Source: a virus. From it: a stretch of 64,000 nt of DNA. The position numbers were made by a program, and so were the translations under genes. Positions 9,602-20,007 of this stretch are shown here, piece by piece. The stretch spans positions 80,635 to 144,634 of the IMG/VR virus record IMGVR_UViG_3300042198_000079. One strand, written 5' to 3'. The notes beneath the pieces were generated by a model, which made no database searches, was not told the origin of the DNA, and saw only the letters and a list, made by a program, of their open reading frames with translations. Position 1 is the first letter of the stretch. Each line of letters starts with the position of its first letter.

Positions 9602-10450
9602 TTATTTATAATATATTTTTTCTAACATATTTCCGTTAGTAGAATGCATTTTTTCTAGAAAATTTAAAACTTCTTCAATGCCCATTGGTTTTGCCTGAGT
9701 TGGATTAAATCCGTGTTTTTTTTCAAACAATAAAAGAGCATCTTTAAAATTCTGTAAGAATTTTTCTTTGTCTTTTCTGATTATTGAACACGAATGATTT
9801 TCGTCTTGCTCTCCAATATATTGATCAGAATTTGCAATATCCGCCCACCATCCAAATCCAGTCGAAAACCCATTTTTGAAAATTCTATATGAATGTTCAA
9901 CATGTTCCATAGCATTGACGAAATTTTCATCAATATATCCAACAATAGGTATAATTGCGCTGTTATAATAACTAAACGATCCAAGGATATTTGGATGAAA
10001 AGTAATTTCATATTTTTCATCCATACATTCGTAATCAACGGAATTGATTATAATCGAAGAACCATCAGAATTTACGTTTGCATTTCCGTGCTTGTGGAAA
10101 TTAAAATGATAAATTCCACTTGTATATGCATGTTTGATATATCTTTCAAAGATAGAATTATCTTTGAGTAACATATCATCCTCGATTAAGAAGATATGTT
10201 TTTTATTTTTATTTCTGAGAAATCTTAATAATTCATTTTTTGCATGTCCGACAGAAAGCGTTTCTTTATTAATTTCTTTAGAAACTAAAGAAAATTTATC
10301 TTTATTATATTCTATAGGTTCTGTGCCGGAATTGAAAATTAAAATTTCTGACAAATAATCAGTATCTATAGAATTTAATAAATTATTAAAAAATTCTGGT
10401 CTGTTACATGTAATTAAACCAACACCTATATCTTCTTTAAAAATACTCAT
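9602..10450 (-). CDS. GT2-family glycosyltransferase
   Basis: IGVGLITCNRPE, HIFLIEDD, GYIDENF. Confidence 0.85.
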   Translation of the reverse strand: MSIFKEDIGVGLITCNRPEFFNNLLNSIDTDYLSEILIFNSGTEPIEYNKDKFSLVSKEINKETLSVGHAKNELLRFLRNKNKKHIFLIEDDMLLKDNSIFERYIKHAYTSGIYHFNFHKHGNANVNSDGSSIIINSVDYECMDEKYEITFHPNILGSFSYYNSAIIPIVGYIDENFVNAMEHVEHSYRIFKNGFSTGFGWWADIANSDQYIGEQDENHSCSIIRKDKEKFLQNFKDALLLFEKKHGFNPTQAKPMGIEEVLNFLEKMHSTNGNMLEKIYYK

Positions 10451-10459
10451 ATGAGATAT

Positions 10460-10488
10460 ATAGTATCATATTGATTTTTTGGTGTCAA
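10460..10488 (-). promoter_or_regulatory. Sigma70-type promoter TTGACA-N17-TACTAT
   Basis: -35 at 10483-10488, -10 at 10460-10465, 9 nt before ATG 10450. Confidence 0.75.
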
Positions 10489-11777
10489 TATCCCCAAGAA
10501 TTAATTTTATTAATTTTTTTCTTAAATTTTGTTTCAACAACAAAATCACGTAAATTAAAAATTTTAGATTTTTCTGGAATGTAATAATTACATGGACGTG
10601 TTTCAGTTAAAAACCAAAAATATTTTTCTGGATGTTTTGGTTGCAATGCTGTTCCTTGCCCATCTGTTATAATAAAAACAGAATCTGGATGCTGTTTCAT
10701 TTGATTAACTTCGTTCGCAATAATATCGAATCTTGTCCCACCTCCAACTGGAATAGAACAATCTTCGTTTTTATAGATTTGTGTTATATTAGTTAATGTA
10801 TCATCAAAAACATACACTTTAATATTAAAATATTCTTCTGGAATCATTCTAGATGCAGATACAAACATATCAACATATTTTTCACAACTTCCACTAACAT
10901 CTAAAAATAAACAAATGTTGTTTTTATTTTTTAAAAGTGCATCGTTTTTATTTTTACCGGGAAATATAAAAGACGAATTACGCATTATGGACGAATATCT
11001 TCTATTTTGATAACCCCATTGTGGTTGATTTTTAACTCTTTTGATACTGTATCTACACCATTTATCGATAACAGAATACCAAGGTTTTTTCTGAGAAAGA
11101 TTATTTAACCAATTAATCGTTTTGTTGTTTTGATTGCCGCAAAACGATTGAGATTTAATTTCAGATTCTATCTCTTGAGGATCATAAGATTCATATGATT
11201 CAAAATATTTTTGAATAAAATCTTGAAAGGTTTCTAATTTTTCTAACCCACTAATATTTTCCATAGGAAAATACATAATATCACTATTATTATTTTCTTC
11301 TGAATTTTTTCTTAGAAGATCGAAATAGTATTCGACGCTTTTATTGTAATGATTTTCTATAGGTCCATATTTTTCGGTATCGTGAAACACAGTATCCACC
11401 CATGCAATTTTATCTGCTAAATCAGGAGATAAACTGTTTCTTTTTATGTTTAAAAAATCATTAATGAAATGATTAATATAAACATCTGTTGAGATATTAA
11501 ATATCTCATATTCGCTTTTATCAAGATCTTTTATTCTCCATAAATGTCCGAAAAATAAATGACACATTTCATGGCAAATAACAAATACTTTATCTAAATC
11601 TGTTTTTGTAGTTTCTTTCCAAAAAGAAGGATTTACATAAAATGTAATTTTATTTTCATGTAAACTTACACAAGCAGTTTCTATAGAATTGTTTTCTATA
11701 ACATTTCCATAACCAACCATTAATTTAAATAATTCATGTTGATCGTAGAAATGGTGACGATATTCTTTTATATTCAT
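10485..11777 (-). CDS. Metallopeptidase (HExxH) plus vWA domain protein, DUF2201-like
   Basis: CHEMCH...H, NISTDVYIN; MIDAS DVSGS, GGGTRF, IITDG. Confidence 0.85.
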   Translation of the reverse strand: MNIKEYRHHFYDQHELFKLMVGYGNVIENNSIETACVSLHENKITFYVNPSFWKETTKTDLDKVFVICHEMCHLFFGHLWRIKDLDKSEYEIFNISTDVYINHFINDFLNIKRNSLSPDLADKIAWVDTVFHDTEKYGPIENHYNKSVEYYFDLLRKNSEENNNSDIMYFPMENISGLEKLETFQDFIQKYFESYESYDPQEIESEIKSQSFCGNQNNKTINWLNNLSQKKPWYSVIDKWCRYSIKRVKNQPQWGYQNRRYSSIMRNSSFIFPGKNKNDALLKNKNNICLFLDVSGSCEKYVDMFVSASRMIPEEYFNIKVYVFDDTLTNITQIYKNEDCSIPVGGGTRFDIIANEVNQMKQHPDSVFIITDGQGTALQPKHPEKYFWFLTETRPCNYYIPEKSKIFNLRDFVVETKFKKKINKINSWGY

Positions 11778-13378
11778 TACTTTACGTAAGCAAAAAACAC
11801 ATCATTGGACTTGGGAAGAATTGTATACAGTGTTTGCAATGAATATTTCTTACTGAGATAATCATCTTGTGACCAAACCGTTAAAAGCCTATTCAAAACA
11901 GTATCAAATTCTCCATTTTTTGTCAGCGAATCATCCATCAAAGAAAAAACTAGTAACAAATCATTAAAATTTTTCTTAATAGTATTTTTCGTACATTTTC
12001 CATATGACTTTAAAATAATCTTTGTCGCATTTGAAAGTTTTGCAATAGGACATTTAATCTCAATTTTTAATGTTTCACTCGTTATATCTTTATAACTAGA
12101 TCCGACATTGATTAAGTCACACAATCTTCTATTTACAGATTTAAATCTGTAAATAGAAGCACTTAAATTCATTCGATCTTCAGACGTAACACTACTAGTA
12201 GTAAACAGATTAGTAGGGTCGAATTTTTCTTCAGTTGGGCCGTTTTGAATAAATAATGAATTTTCAAGAGAATTAATATCAAATATAGTATTTTTTTGGA
12301 CTTCCAAAGAAGATTGATTTTTAAGATGATGTAATTTTATCGAAACTACATCATTTTCGCACATTTTATTCGTTCTTTCTAGAGAACGAACGACACTAGG
12401 AGAAGTATTATATGTAGAACAAATTTCTTTATAGATTTTGCAGAAATTTTTATCGTCTAAAGCATATTTAAATTCTACATAACTTTGGTATTCGTCATTT
12501 TCCAAAAACATCTTGGAAACAATGTCTCTGGGAGCAAGAGGAGTGTATTTTTTAAGAGATTCCTCTGTAAAAGTTTTTTTAATATAATTGAGTTTTCCGG
12601 TATCGATTAACTTTTTATAGTTTTCTTCGCATGGATTCAACAACAAATCATCATATATTAATTTTACAGGATCTGATTGTAGATACGTAACCAGTTGCTT
12701 AATATTAGAATCGGAAGGTAAAATTATATTTAATGGGATGCCTTGTTTATAAGATCTGTATGCTTCTTCCAATCTTCTAGAAGAGATATGTTTTCTGGAA
12801 TTTTCATGCTGTTCAGCCCACCATTTCACCAAGATGTTTCCATCATTTTTGTATTTTTCATTAAAGAACCTTTCGCTAGGTCTAGAAGGAATTCTAATAA
12901 TACACTGGAATCTATCAATTTGAGCAGGGTCAATTTCTTCTACGTTATAATTGAACATTTCGTCAGAAGGAGGATTTATGGATGCCCATACAATTTTCAG
13001 ATTTGGAAATTTTCTTCCATTAATGCTTTTAAATTGTAAAAGTTCCATCATGGCATTCAATGTGGCTTTATCAGCAGCACGATTATATTCGTCCAGAAAG
13101 ATTGCTTCCAGATTTTCATTGATTCTGGCAGGTCTTACAAATTTGAGATGTCCGGTTTCTTCGTCTTCTTTCGGAATCCCAATAAAATCAATCCAAGGAT
13201 CGCACGTAGGTGCAGAAAAATACGCATAGTTTAATTTGTTTCTTTCAAAACAAGAAACAACTCTTTCTGTTTTTCCACATCCATGGTTTCCGATCAACAG
13301 CAAGTTTTTATTTGCTGTTGCAATTTGATCTAGCATGTTGTCGGATACATCAATTTCGGGATATTCGTTTATATTCAT
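11777..13378 (-). CDS. MoxR-like AAA+ ATPase
   Basis: GNHGCGKT, FLDEYNRA, SINP, DPAQIDRF; coupled to the vWA gene. Confidence 0.85.
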   Translation of the reverse strand: MNINEYPEIDVSDNMLDQIATANKNLLLIGNHGCGKTERVVSCFERNKLNYAYFSAPTCDPWIDFIGIPKEDEETGHLKFVRPARINENLEAIFLDEYNRAADKATLNAMMELLQFKSINGRKFPNLKIVWASINPPSDEMFNYNVEEIDPAQIDRFQCIIRIPSRPSERFFNEKYKNDGNILVKWWAEQHENSRKHISSRRLEEAYRSYKQGIPLNIILPSDSNIKQLVTYLQSDPVKLIYDDLLLNPCEENYKKLIDTGKLNYIKKTFTEESLKKYTPLAPRDIVSKMFLENDEYQSYVEFKYALDDKNFCKIYKEICSTYNTSPSVVRSLERTNKMCENDVVSIKLHHLKNQSSLEVQKNTIFDINSLENSLFIQNGPTEEKFDPTNLFTTSSVTSEDRMNLSASIYRFKSVNRRLCDLINVGSSYKDITSETLKIEIKCPIAKLSNATKIILKSYGKCTKNTIKKNFNDLLLVFSLMDDSLTKNGEFDTVLNRLLTVWSQDDYLSKKYSLQTLYTILPKSNDVFFAYVK

Positions 13379-14361
13379 TTTTTACAAGTTTCGTAGTATT
13401 TTTTTAACTTTTCTTTAAGTTGCGGTTTTTGCTTTTCGTCGATTGTATCGTTGTTCGATACCACAATATCGATAATCTCGTTAATGTCAACAGAAGAATT
13501 GTCGAGTTTTTCTATTTTTTCTTCGCCCATTAAAATAGGAGAATCCATAATGCTTATTGATACATCTTTAAATTTTGATCGATCTAAATTTTCTAAAATG
13601 GATTCTTTATGAATTTTTATAAAATTGTTTTCTTTTCCGATTAAATCTTTTTCGTTAAAAATATTATAATGTTTAGGACTCCATGTATTTTTTATTTCGT
13701 TAAATGACTTAGATTCTGTATCAAAAATCCAAAAATAACTATCTTTCCCCTCTTCTCCGAAATTTAATTCAAAAGGTGAACCCAAATACATTATAGTCCC
13801 GTCTTTGTATTTTTTTCTTTGAAAACGATGATAATGTCCAGAAACAACAAAATCAGAATAATTAAACAGTTCTGATTTGTTTTTACCATGAATTGATGGT
13901 CTGCCATTATCTAAAGAAAATCCTTGTATGTCAAAGTGACACATTAGAAAATCAGCTTTTAAAGGTTCTTCGCCCCAAGGGACAAAACAAAATTTTATAT
14001 TATCTATTTCTACAATTTCGGTCTTATTAAAAATAAAAACTTGTTCTCCATCATGGAAATGAGAAACAGAATTTACCAAACTAGAATTTCTAAAATAACA
14101 ATCATGATTTCCCGTTATCATGAATATTTTTTCAAAATTGTTTTTAAGTTTAGAAAAACAGTCATTTGAAAAATGTAAATCGTCTACTGATATTTGTCTG
14201 TCATTATCGTGCCAGTCTCCTAAAAAAAATAAAATATCAGAATTGTTTTCTTTTGAAATTTTTATAAATTTGTCAACCCAATCATTTGTAATTTCTTTAT
14301 ATATATTTTTTGGATTTTTTAAGATGTGTATATCTGAAAAGATGCTTATTCTTCTGTGCAT
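13375..14361 (-). CDS. gp47: Recombination nuclease gp47 (SbcD/Mre11-like)
   Basis: SDIH, LGDWHD, GNHD, SGHYH, YLGSP. Confidence 0.93.
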   Translation of the reverse strand: MHRRISIFSDIHILKNPKNIYKEITNDWVDKFIKISKENNSDILFFLGDWHDNDRQISVDDLHFSNDCFSKLKNNFEKIFMITGNHDCYFRNSSLVNSVSHFHDGEQVFIFNKTEIVEIDNIKFCFVPWGEEPLKADFLMCHFDIQGFSLDNGRPSIHGKNKSELFNYSDFVVSGHYHRFQRKKYKDGTIMYLGSPFELNFGEEGKDSYFWIFDTESKSFNEIKNTWSPKHYNIFNEKDLIGKENNFIKIHKESILENLDRSKFKDVSISIMDSPILMGEEKIEKLDNSSVDINEIIDIVVSNNDTIDEKQKPQLKEKLKKYYETCKK

Positions 14362-14909
14362 TCCAATTCATGGTAATCCTCTGGTGTTTCATTGTCAACA
14401 TCATAAAAATCATTATTTTCAAAAAAATTATCTTCTTCGTCTTCTAGATGATTTTTTCTTTTATAATTTTCAAACCCGTTACTTTCTATAATTTGAGAAA
14501 AAACATGACTTTTATATTTATTCATTTCTTCCACATTCTTTTTTTCTTTTTTTATTATTTTAATAAACTCTCTAGATGCAATACACGAAAAATATGAAAA
14601 TGGTTTTAAATAATGACCGTTTTCGTCAACTCTTTCCAAATCAAATTTTTTATTAACGACTGCCTTCCAACATCTGTTAACAGCATCAGCAACAAATTCG
14701 TCTTTCCACGAATATTGCCAAAAATTTCCAGAAGATGATAAATGTTTACAAAGAGAAAATAAACTCTCACACAATTCTCTTTCTTTAATTTCTTTAACTT
14801 TACTACCTTCTAAAGAATTATAATATTCTTTTAATGTTTCCCTGAAAGTTTCATTATCAAAGTAGTGATTTTGTGTTGACTTTTTCTTTTTCTTCTGTAG
14901 TATTGACAT
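14346..14909 (-). CDS. gp55: Late-transcription sigma factor gp55
   Basis: HYFDNE, NFWQYSWKDEFVADA, FD...PFSYFSCIA..EF...IKKEKK; adjacent to gp47 as in T4. Confidence 0.9.
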   Translation of the reverse strand: MSILQKKKKKSTQNHYFDNETFRETLKEYYNSLEGSKVKEIKERELCESLFSLCKHLSSSGNFWQYSWKDEFVADAVNRCWKAVVNKKFDLERVDENGHYLKPFSYFSCIASREFIKIIKKEKKNVEEMNKYKSHVFSQIIESNGFENYKRKNHLEDEEDNFFENNDFYDVDNETPEDYHELECTEE

Positions 14910-14927
14910 ATAAAAATATATACATAT

Positions 14928-14956
14928 ACTATAATAAAATTATAAATTGATGTCAA
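14928..14956 (-). promoter_or_regulatory. Sigma70-type promoter TTGACA-N17-TATAGT driving gp55
   Basis: -35 at 14951-14956, -10 at 14928-14933. Confidence 0.75.
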
Positions 14957-14962
14957 ACAATA

Positions 14963-16036
14963 TTATCTAGCAACAAAATTTCTTGGAGGGTTATTTTCAA
15001 CTTCTATAACATTATCTTCTGGAAGATAATTTTGAATTTGATCTAAAAAAGAATTTCCAGATTCTTCGCTTTGAAATAAAGATTGATATGTCGGTAATTT
15101 CAATTGAATATTTTTAATACTATTACTTAAATTTTTAGTTTTATTCAATGCTCTATAAAAAAGATTAGAAAATTTTTGTAAAATTTCATTATCTAATTTT
15201 TCTAATGATGGTGGATTTTCTTTACTAGATTCAATTTCCGATGGTGATAAAGAATTTATTGTATTTTCTCCTATTTTTGCTGAAATAAAATTTACAGCTT
15301 CTTCACAATATTCTTCATCGTTTCCAACTGGAGGTTCTAATAAAATTTGAGGATATGTTAAATATATTTTAGTTCGGGTATCATCACGATAATAATTTTT
15401 TAGTTGTTCTCTATTTATCAACCTATTAATACAAGAATAATAAAGTGCTTTACAATATTTTAAATATGTAAGATTTCTAAAATTGCCTTGATCTTCCATA
15501 TCATCTGGAACCTCTAAATCTTCATCTTTCTCTTCCTCTTTATTGCGAGGTTCTTTTTTTCCTTTTGAATTTTTTTTAGAGGGAGGATTCTTTTTTCCTC
15601 CGCCAGAAAGTATATCTCCTAGTTCTTCATCTAAATTTCTATCATCACCTTTTTTTTCATATATTAGTTTCATTAATGCGCTTTTTTTGAAATATTCTCC
15701 TAAAGATGTTTCAGCAGGTTTGGGTTGCATTTCTATTTTTAATAAATTTAGAAATTTTTCATAAGCCGGATTATTTCCATAAAAATTTCTAAATTCTTTT
15801 TCATTACCCGGTTCGTTGAAATTTAAATTTTTTAATTTTTCTGGCATTTTATTTTTAAAATTATCATATTCATCTTTGTCAACTTCTGCATCTTTAAAAT
15901 TATCTGCATTTAAAACATTAATATTTTCAGAACTTACATTATTATTTCCGGTGCTAGAAAAGCTTGTCGGCAAGAAATTCGATCCATTAAGAATATTTTC
16001 ATAAAATTTTCTAGTCTTTTTTAAATGTTTAAACAT
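14963..16036 (-). CDS. Hypothetical protein, probably late-expressed
   Basis: 357 aa with charged low-complexity segments; AATAAATA 8 nt upstream. Confidence 0.7.
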   Translation of the reverse strand: MFKHLKKTRKFYENILNGSNFLPTSFSSTGNNNVSSENINVLNADNFKDAEVDKDEYDNFKNKMPEKLKNLNFNEPGNEKEFRNFYGNNPAYEKFLNLLKIEMQPKPAETSLGEYFKKSALMKLIYEKKGDDRNLDEELGDILSGGGKKNPPSKKNSKGKKEPRNKEEEKDEDLEVPDDMEDQGNFRNLTYLKYCKALYYSCINRLINREQLKNYYRDDTRTKIYLTYPQILLEPPVGNDEEYCEEAVNFISAKIGENTINSLSPSEIESSKENPPSLEKLDNEILQKFSNLFYRALNKTKNLSNSIKNIQLKLPTYQSLFQSEESGNSFLDQIQNYLPEDNVIEVENNPPRNFVAR

Positions 16037-16116
16037 ATTATCTATATTTATTCAACTAAACAAACAAATCAAAAAAAACTTATTGATAATAATATAAATT
16101 ACTATATTATTGTTTC

Positions 16117-16416
16117 GTGGTTATAAAAACATTATGTATTAATACAATTTTATCTCGACCAGATTTTGTTAAAGAAATATGGGATATAAACTGTTCTGAA
16201 ATAGACAAAGAATATATCATACTTTTAGAACGATATTTAAATAAAAACAATACCTTTAATATAAAATATATTTTATCCACTCCTGAAATTTTAGAAAATA
16301 AAAAAATATTAAATTGGGCAAAAAAGAAAAAATATCCAGTATTAGATCATGAACTTCCCAAAGTAATAGATACTAGCGAATTAGATAAAGAAATTATAAA
16401 GTGTTTATCTTTTTAA
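16117..16416 (+). CDS. Hypothetical protein
   Basis: 99-aa ORF with GTG start filling the intergenic space. Confidence 0.55.
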   Translation: MVIKTLCINTILSRPDFVKEIWDINCSEIDKEYIILLERYLNKNNTFNIKYILSTPEILENKKILNWAKKKKYPVLDHELPKVIDTSELDKEIIKCLSF

Positions 16417-17075
16417 TTATTAATAATTTTGTTTAGAATATTGTTGACACTCTTTCTATTAATCATAAAATCTAATCTATTAGTAGAATTTATCCTATAA
16501 TAAGAGTTTACAATACTATCAAAAATTTCTTTTGAACCTACTGATTGAATTAAATTGTTTATTATATTTTGATCAAAATAATCTAAAATAATATAATCAT
16601 TATCTTCTTTGTTTATTTCTTTTCTTATTATTTCCCCTGTCGAATTTTCTTTTTTTGATAATTCGTAAAATTTTTTCCATATCTTAAAAGAATTTTCATT
16701 TATATAAGTATCACATCTCAACCATCCTTCGTCTTTATAAATTTTATATATTGTTTCCATTAAAAGATAATAAAAAAATGGACCATTTCCTTTTTTAGGC
16801 ACAAAAACATTATCTATCATAAATTTTGATTCAGATGGAGTCCAATCGGAAACACTACATTTAATCCATGCTTTTTCTAGATTATTTTTTATTTTAGCAT
16901 CAGAATCAGAAATATCGTTTTTTATTATTATGCTTTTTATATTATTTTTAATTTTATCTTTAGTTTCAGATTTATATATTAATTCTATTTTTAATTTTTT
17001 ATAATCTACTTCATTTTTTTTATCATTCATATCTTTCATTGCCATTTCTAACAAATATTTTTTAAAATTTATCAT
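16413..17075 (-). CDS. CTS-leader protein with GNAT-like domain
   Basis: Starts MINFKKYLLE; VPKKGNGPFFY...LRCD...SFKIWKKF resembles GNAT motifs A and B; TATAAATA at 17084-17091. Confidence 0.55.
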   Translation of the reverse strand: MINFKKYLLEMAMKDMNDKKNEVDYKKLKIELIYKSETKDKIKNNIKSIIIKNDISDSDAKIKNNLEKAWIKCSVSDWTPSESKFMIDNVFVPKKGNGPFFYYLLMETIYKIYKDEGWLRCDTYINENSFKIWKKFYELSKKENSTGEIIRKEINKEDNDYIILDYFDQNIINNLIQSVGSKEIFDSIVNSYYRINSTNRLDFMINRKSVNNILNKIINN

Positions 17076-17130
17076 AATAATTTTATTTATAGAATTTAAA
17101 ACAAATATCAGTTCTTGTGGATTTTTAATG

Positions 17131-17159
17131 TTGACATCGTTGTTCCGTTCGACTATCTC
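17131..17159 (+). promoter_or_regulatory. Sigma70-type promoter TTGACA-N17-TATCTC
   Basis: 7 nt before ATG 17167 of dda. Confidence 0.55.
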
Positions 17160-17166
17160 TAATAAG

Positions 17167-18516
17167 ATGCAATTTGAATTAACGGCAGATCAAGAAAAAG
17201 CACTAATCGAAATAAACAAATGGTATAATTCGCCTCCTTCTAAAAAGGCACTTCTTTATGGACAAGCCGGAGTAGGTAAAACATCTGTTGTTGCAACCTT
17301 TATAAAAAACTTAATAAAAACCAAAGACAAAACTAAAGTAAAAATTTGCGTTGTTGCTCCTACCCATAAAGCACTAAAGGTTATTAAAAACATGTGCGAA
17401 AAAAATGAAATAATAGAAGATTTACACTTTAATACAATTCATAGTCTTTTGGGATTAAGACAAGTAATTGACGGTTATGGAAATCAATCATTCAAAAGGG
17501 AAAATGGAAGTTCTGGTAAAGATAAATCGTCCGAATATAATTTGATTATTTGTGACGAGGCATCCATGATTGGATCAGAACTTTTATCATATATAAAAAA
17601 CGATATAAAAATTTTATTTGTCGGGGACAATTTTCAGCTAAACCCTGTAAATGAAATTGATTCTCCCGTTTTCAATTTAGATATTCCTAAATTCGGATTA
17701 ACCGAAATTGTTAGACAAGTTAAAGAAAATAAAATAATTGAATTTTCTAAATCCATTAGAGAAAAAGGAGGCATTAGCGATATTAGAAGTTATTTAGGAA
17801 CAAATGATTTAATTCTAATGCCAATGAAAAGATTTCAAGCAGGTATTCCAGATGTTTTTAATTCTGAAAATTATAAGAAAAATATCGATTATGGAAGAAT
17901 TTTGTGCTATACTAATAAAGAAGTATCAAAATGGAATCAATACATAAGAAATAAAATATTTCCAAATTCCAATCGACAAATTGATGTCGGCGAAAGAATA
18001 ATTTTTAGAAAACCGGCACTAAACATAAATTTTAATTCTTCTAAAAAGAAAAGCACTTTGCAAAATCGTTTTTCATTTGATACAAACGACGAAGTAACAA
18101 TTATAGACGTAGAAGAAAAAATATTTAAATTCAAAAATTTTAGTTTAGATACTTATGTTTGTGAAGGATTAGACGAAAATACAGGCAAATCTGGAAAATT
18201 CAGAATTCTTAATAATAATTCAACAGACGAATATAATGATATTTTATCTAATTTAAAAAGACAAGCTCTTTCTAAAAAACAAGGAACCAAAGAAGCGAAA
18301 AATGCATGGGTTTGTTATTATGAATTTTCTGATCTTTTTGCAGTAATTCAGGGTGCATATGCGTGTACAGTACATGTTTCGCAAGGATCAACTTTTGAAA
18401 ACTGTTTTGTTATTCTTTCCGATTTTGATAATTGTAGAGTAAATTTAGAAAAAATTAGATTGTTTTACACTGCTGTAACTAGAGCAAGTGAAAAGGTTGT
18501 AATGATCACTGCCTAA
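17167..18516 (+). CDS. dda: Dda-like SF1B DNA helicase
   Basis: GQAGVGKT, APTHKA, CDEASM, GDNFQL, TVHVSQGS, YTAVTRA; start moved to ATG 17167 from the promoter position. Confidence 0.92.
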   Translation: MQFELTADQEKALIEINKWYNSPPSKKALLYGQAGVGKTSVVATFIKNLIKTKDKTKVKICVVAPTHKALKVIKNMCEKNEIIEDLHFNTIHSLLGLRQVIDGYGNQSFKRENGSSGKDKSSEYNLIICDEASMIGSELLSYIKNDIKILFVGDNFQLNPVNEIDSPVFNLDIPKFGLTEIVRQVKENKIIEFSKSIREKGGISDIRSYLGTNDLILMPMKRFQAGIPDVFNSENYKKNIDYGRILCYTNKEVSKWNQYIRNKIFPNSNRQIDVGERIIFRKPALNINFNSSKKKSTLQNRFSFDTNDEVTIIDVEEKIFKFKNFSLDTYVCEGLDENTGKSGKFRILNNNSTDEYNDILSNLKRQALSKKQGTKEAKNAWVCYYEFSDLFAVIQGAYACTVHVSQGSTFENCFVILSDFDNCRVNLEKIRLFYTAVTRASEKVVMITA

Positions 18517-18599
18517 AAAAATTAAACAAAATTTAGTTGTCAACTTGACAAAATATATCATTGGATATAAGTTATTCTGGAAAGATACAAATACAACTA

Positions 18600-19910
18600 A
18601 TGAAATTAACAAAAGAAGATTTTTTTAATTTTCTCAAAAAGAATATTCCATTACAACACTTAGCCCGCCAATACGGTTTACGTCATGTTCCCGGTAATTG
18701 GAAAAGATGGAAATACGAGTTTTTAAATTCATCAAAAACAATAGATCAAACAAGCGACATTTTAGGTTTTTTTGATGAAAAAACTACCAGTGAAGAAGAA
18801 TGCGCTTCCAGTGTAGAAAAACCAGAACATGATAAAAAAGTATATTTTAGCGCATGTTACAAAGATGAAGAAAATGGCAATTTAAAAATAATGCCAATCG
18901 AAGAATATTGTTTTCATTACAATCTACCATACGAAGATGTTTCTTCTTATAAATTAATTAAACACAATGGAGGTGCATATTATAACATCTTTTTCCGAGA
19001 AAAGAATAAAAAAATTGATGATGATTCATTAGATGGAATAAAACAAATAGAAATAGCATTACAAAAATGGGCAAACGGAAAAGGCAAAGTAAATAGAAAC
19101 TTTCAAGAAAAAAAGAAACACGGAGATGCTGTAATTGTTATTTCCGATCTACATTTGGGATCTTTAGTAACGGGTTTAATAAAAACTCCAAACTTTTCAA
19201 AAGAAATATGTATAGAATATTTAGAAAGTGCTGTTGATGAAATTAATAAACAGGTTTATGATAATGCACATGTTTTTATATTAGGAGACTTAGTAGAAAC
19301 CATATCAGGATTAAATCATATTAATTCATGGCAAGAATTAGGACATAAAGAACATGGAGCAAATATAATTAAAATTGCAACAGAAGTTCTCCATGAACAT
19401 TTCCTTTCTAAAATTCAAAGACTCAAAAACATAAAAATTGTTGCGGGAAATCATGATCGTCTTACTGCACAGAAGGATGCTGATCCAGAATGTAGTGGAG
19501 CAAACTTAATCGCATGGGGATTAAGTTTGCTTGGATATAATATAGAATATAATTCTCTTTGTATAAGAAACGAAGTAGATGATATTTGTTATGTTCTTCT
19601 ACACGGAGATAAAGGAATTTCTAGAAAACAAACAAAAGAAATTGTTTGGGATTATGGAAAACAAGGAATTTTTAATGTTGTTTTAGAAGGGCATCTACAC
19701 TCTAGAATGGAACGAACAGTTAATAGAAAACTTCCCCAGTTAAAACATTTGGAACATTGTGATACTGTAGATACCAGAAGATTTATATGTCCTTCTTTCT
19801 TTACTGGTAATTTTTATTCAGAATCAAATGGGTGGACATCTACTCCCGGATTTAAAATTATCAAAAGTAATGGCAAAGGTAGACCAAATGTTTTTGATTA
19901 TACGTTGTAA
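18600..19910 (+). CDS. Calcineurin-like metallophosphoesterase with N-terminal extension
   Basis: SDLHLG, LGDLVE, GNHDR, LLHGD, GHLH; promoter TTGACA-N17-TAAGTT at 18545-18573. Confidence 0.8.
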   Translation: MKLTKEDFFNFLKKNIPLQHLARQYGLRHVPGNWKRWKYEFLNSSKTIDQTSDILGFFDEKTTSEEECASSVEKPEHDKKVYFSACYKDEENGNLKIMPIEEYCFHYNLPYEDVSSYKLIKHNGGAYYNIFFREKNKKIDDDSLDGIKQIEIALQKWANGKGKVNRNFQEKKKHGDAVIVISDLHLGSLVTGLIKTPNFSKEICIEYLESAVDEINKQVYDNAHVFILGDLVETISGLNHINSWQELGHKEHGANIIKIATEVLHEHFLSKIQRLKNIKIVAGNHDRLTAQKDADPECSGANLIAWGLSLLGYNIEYNSLCIRNEVDDICYVLLHGDKGISRKQTKEIVWDYGKQGIFNVVLEGHLHSRMERTVNRKLPQLKHLEHCDTVDTRRFICPSFFTGNFYSESNGWTSTPGFKIIKSNGKGRPNVFDYTL

Positions 19911-20007
19911 GTTATTTGAAAGTATAAAAATTATATAATATAATATTATTATGTATCGTGTATAAGAAGACGACACCGTAAACTCAATAAAACACATAAA
20001 AAACAAT

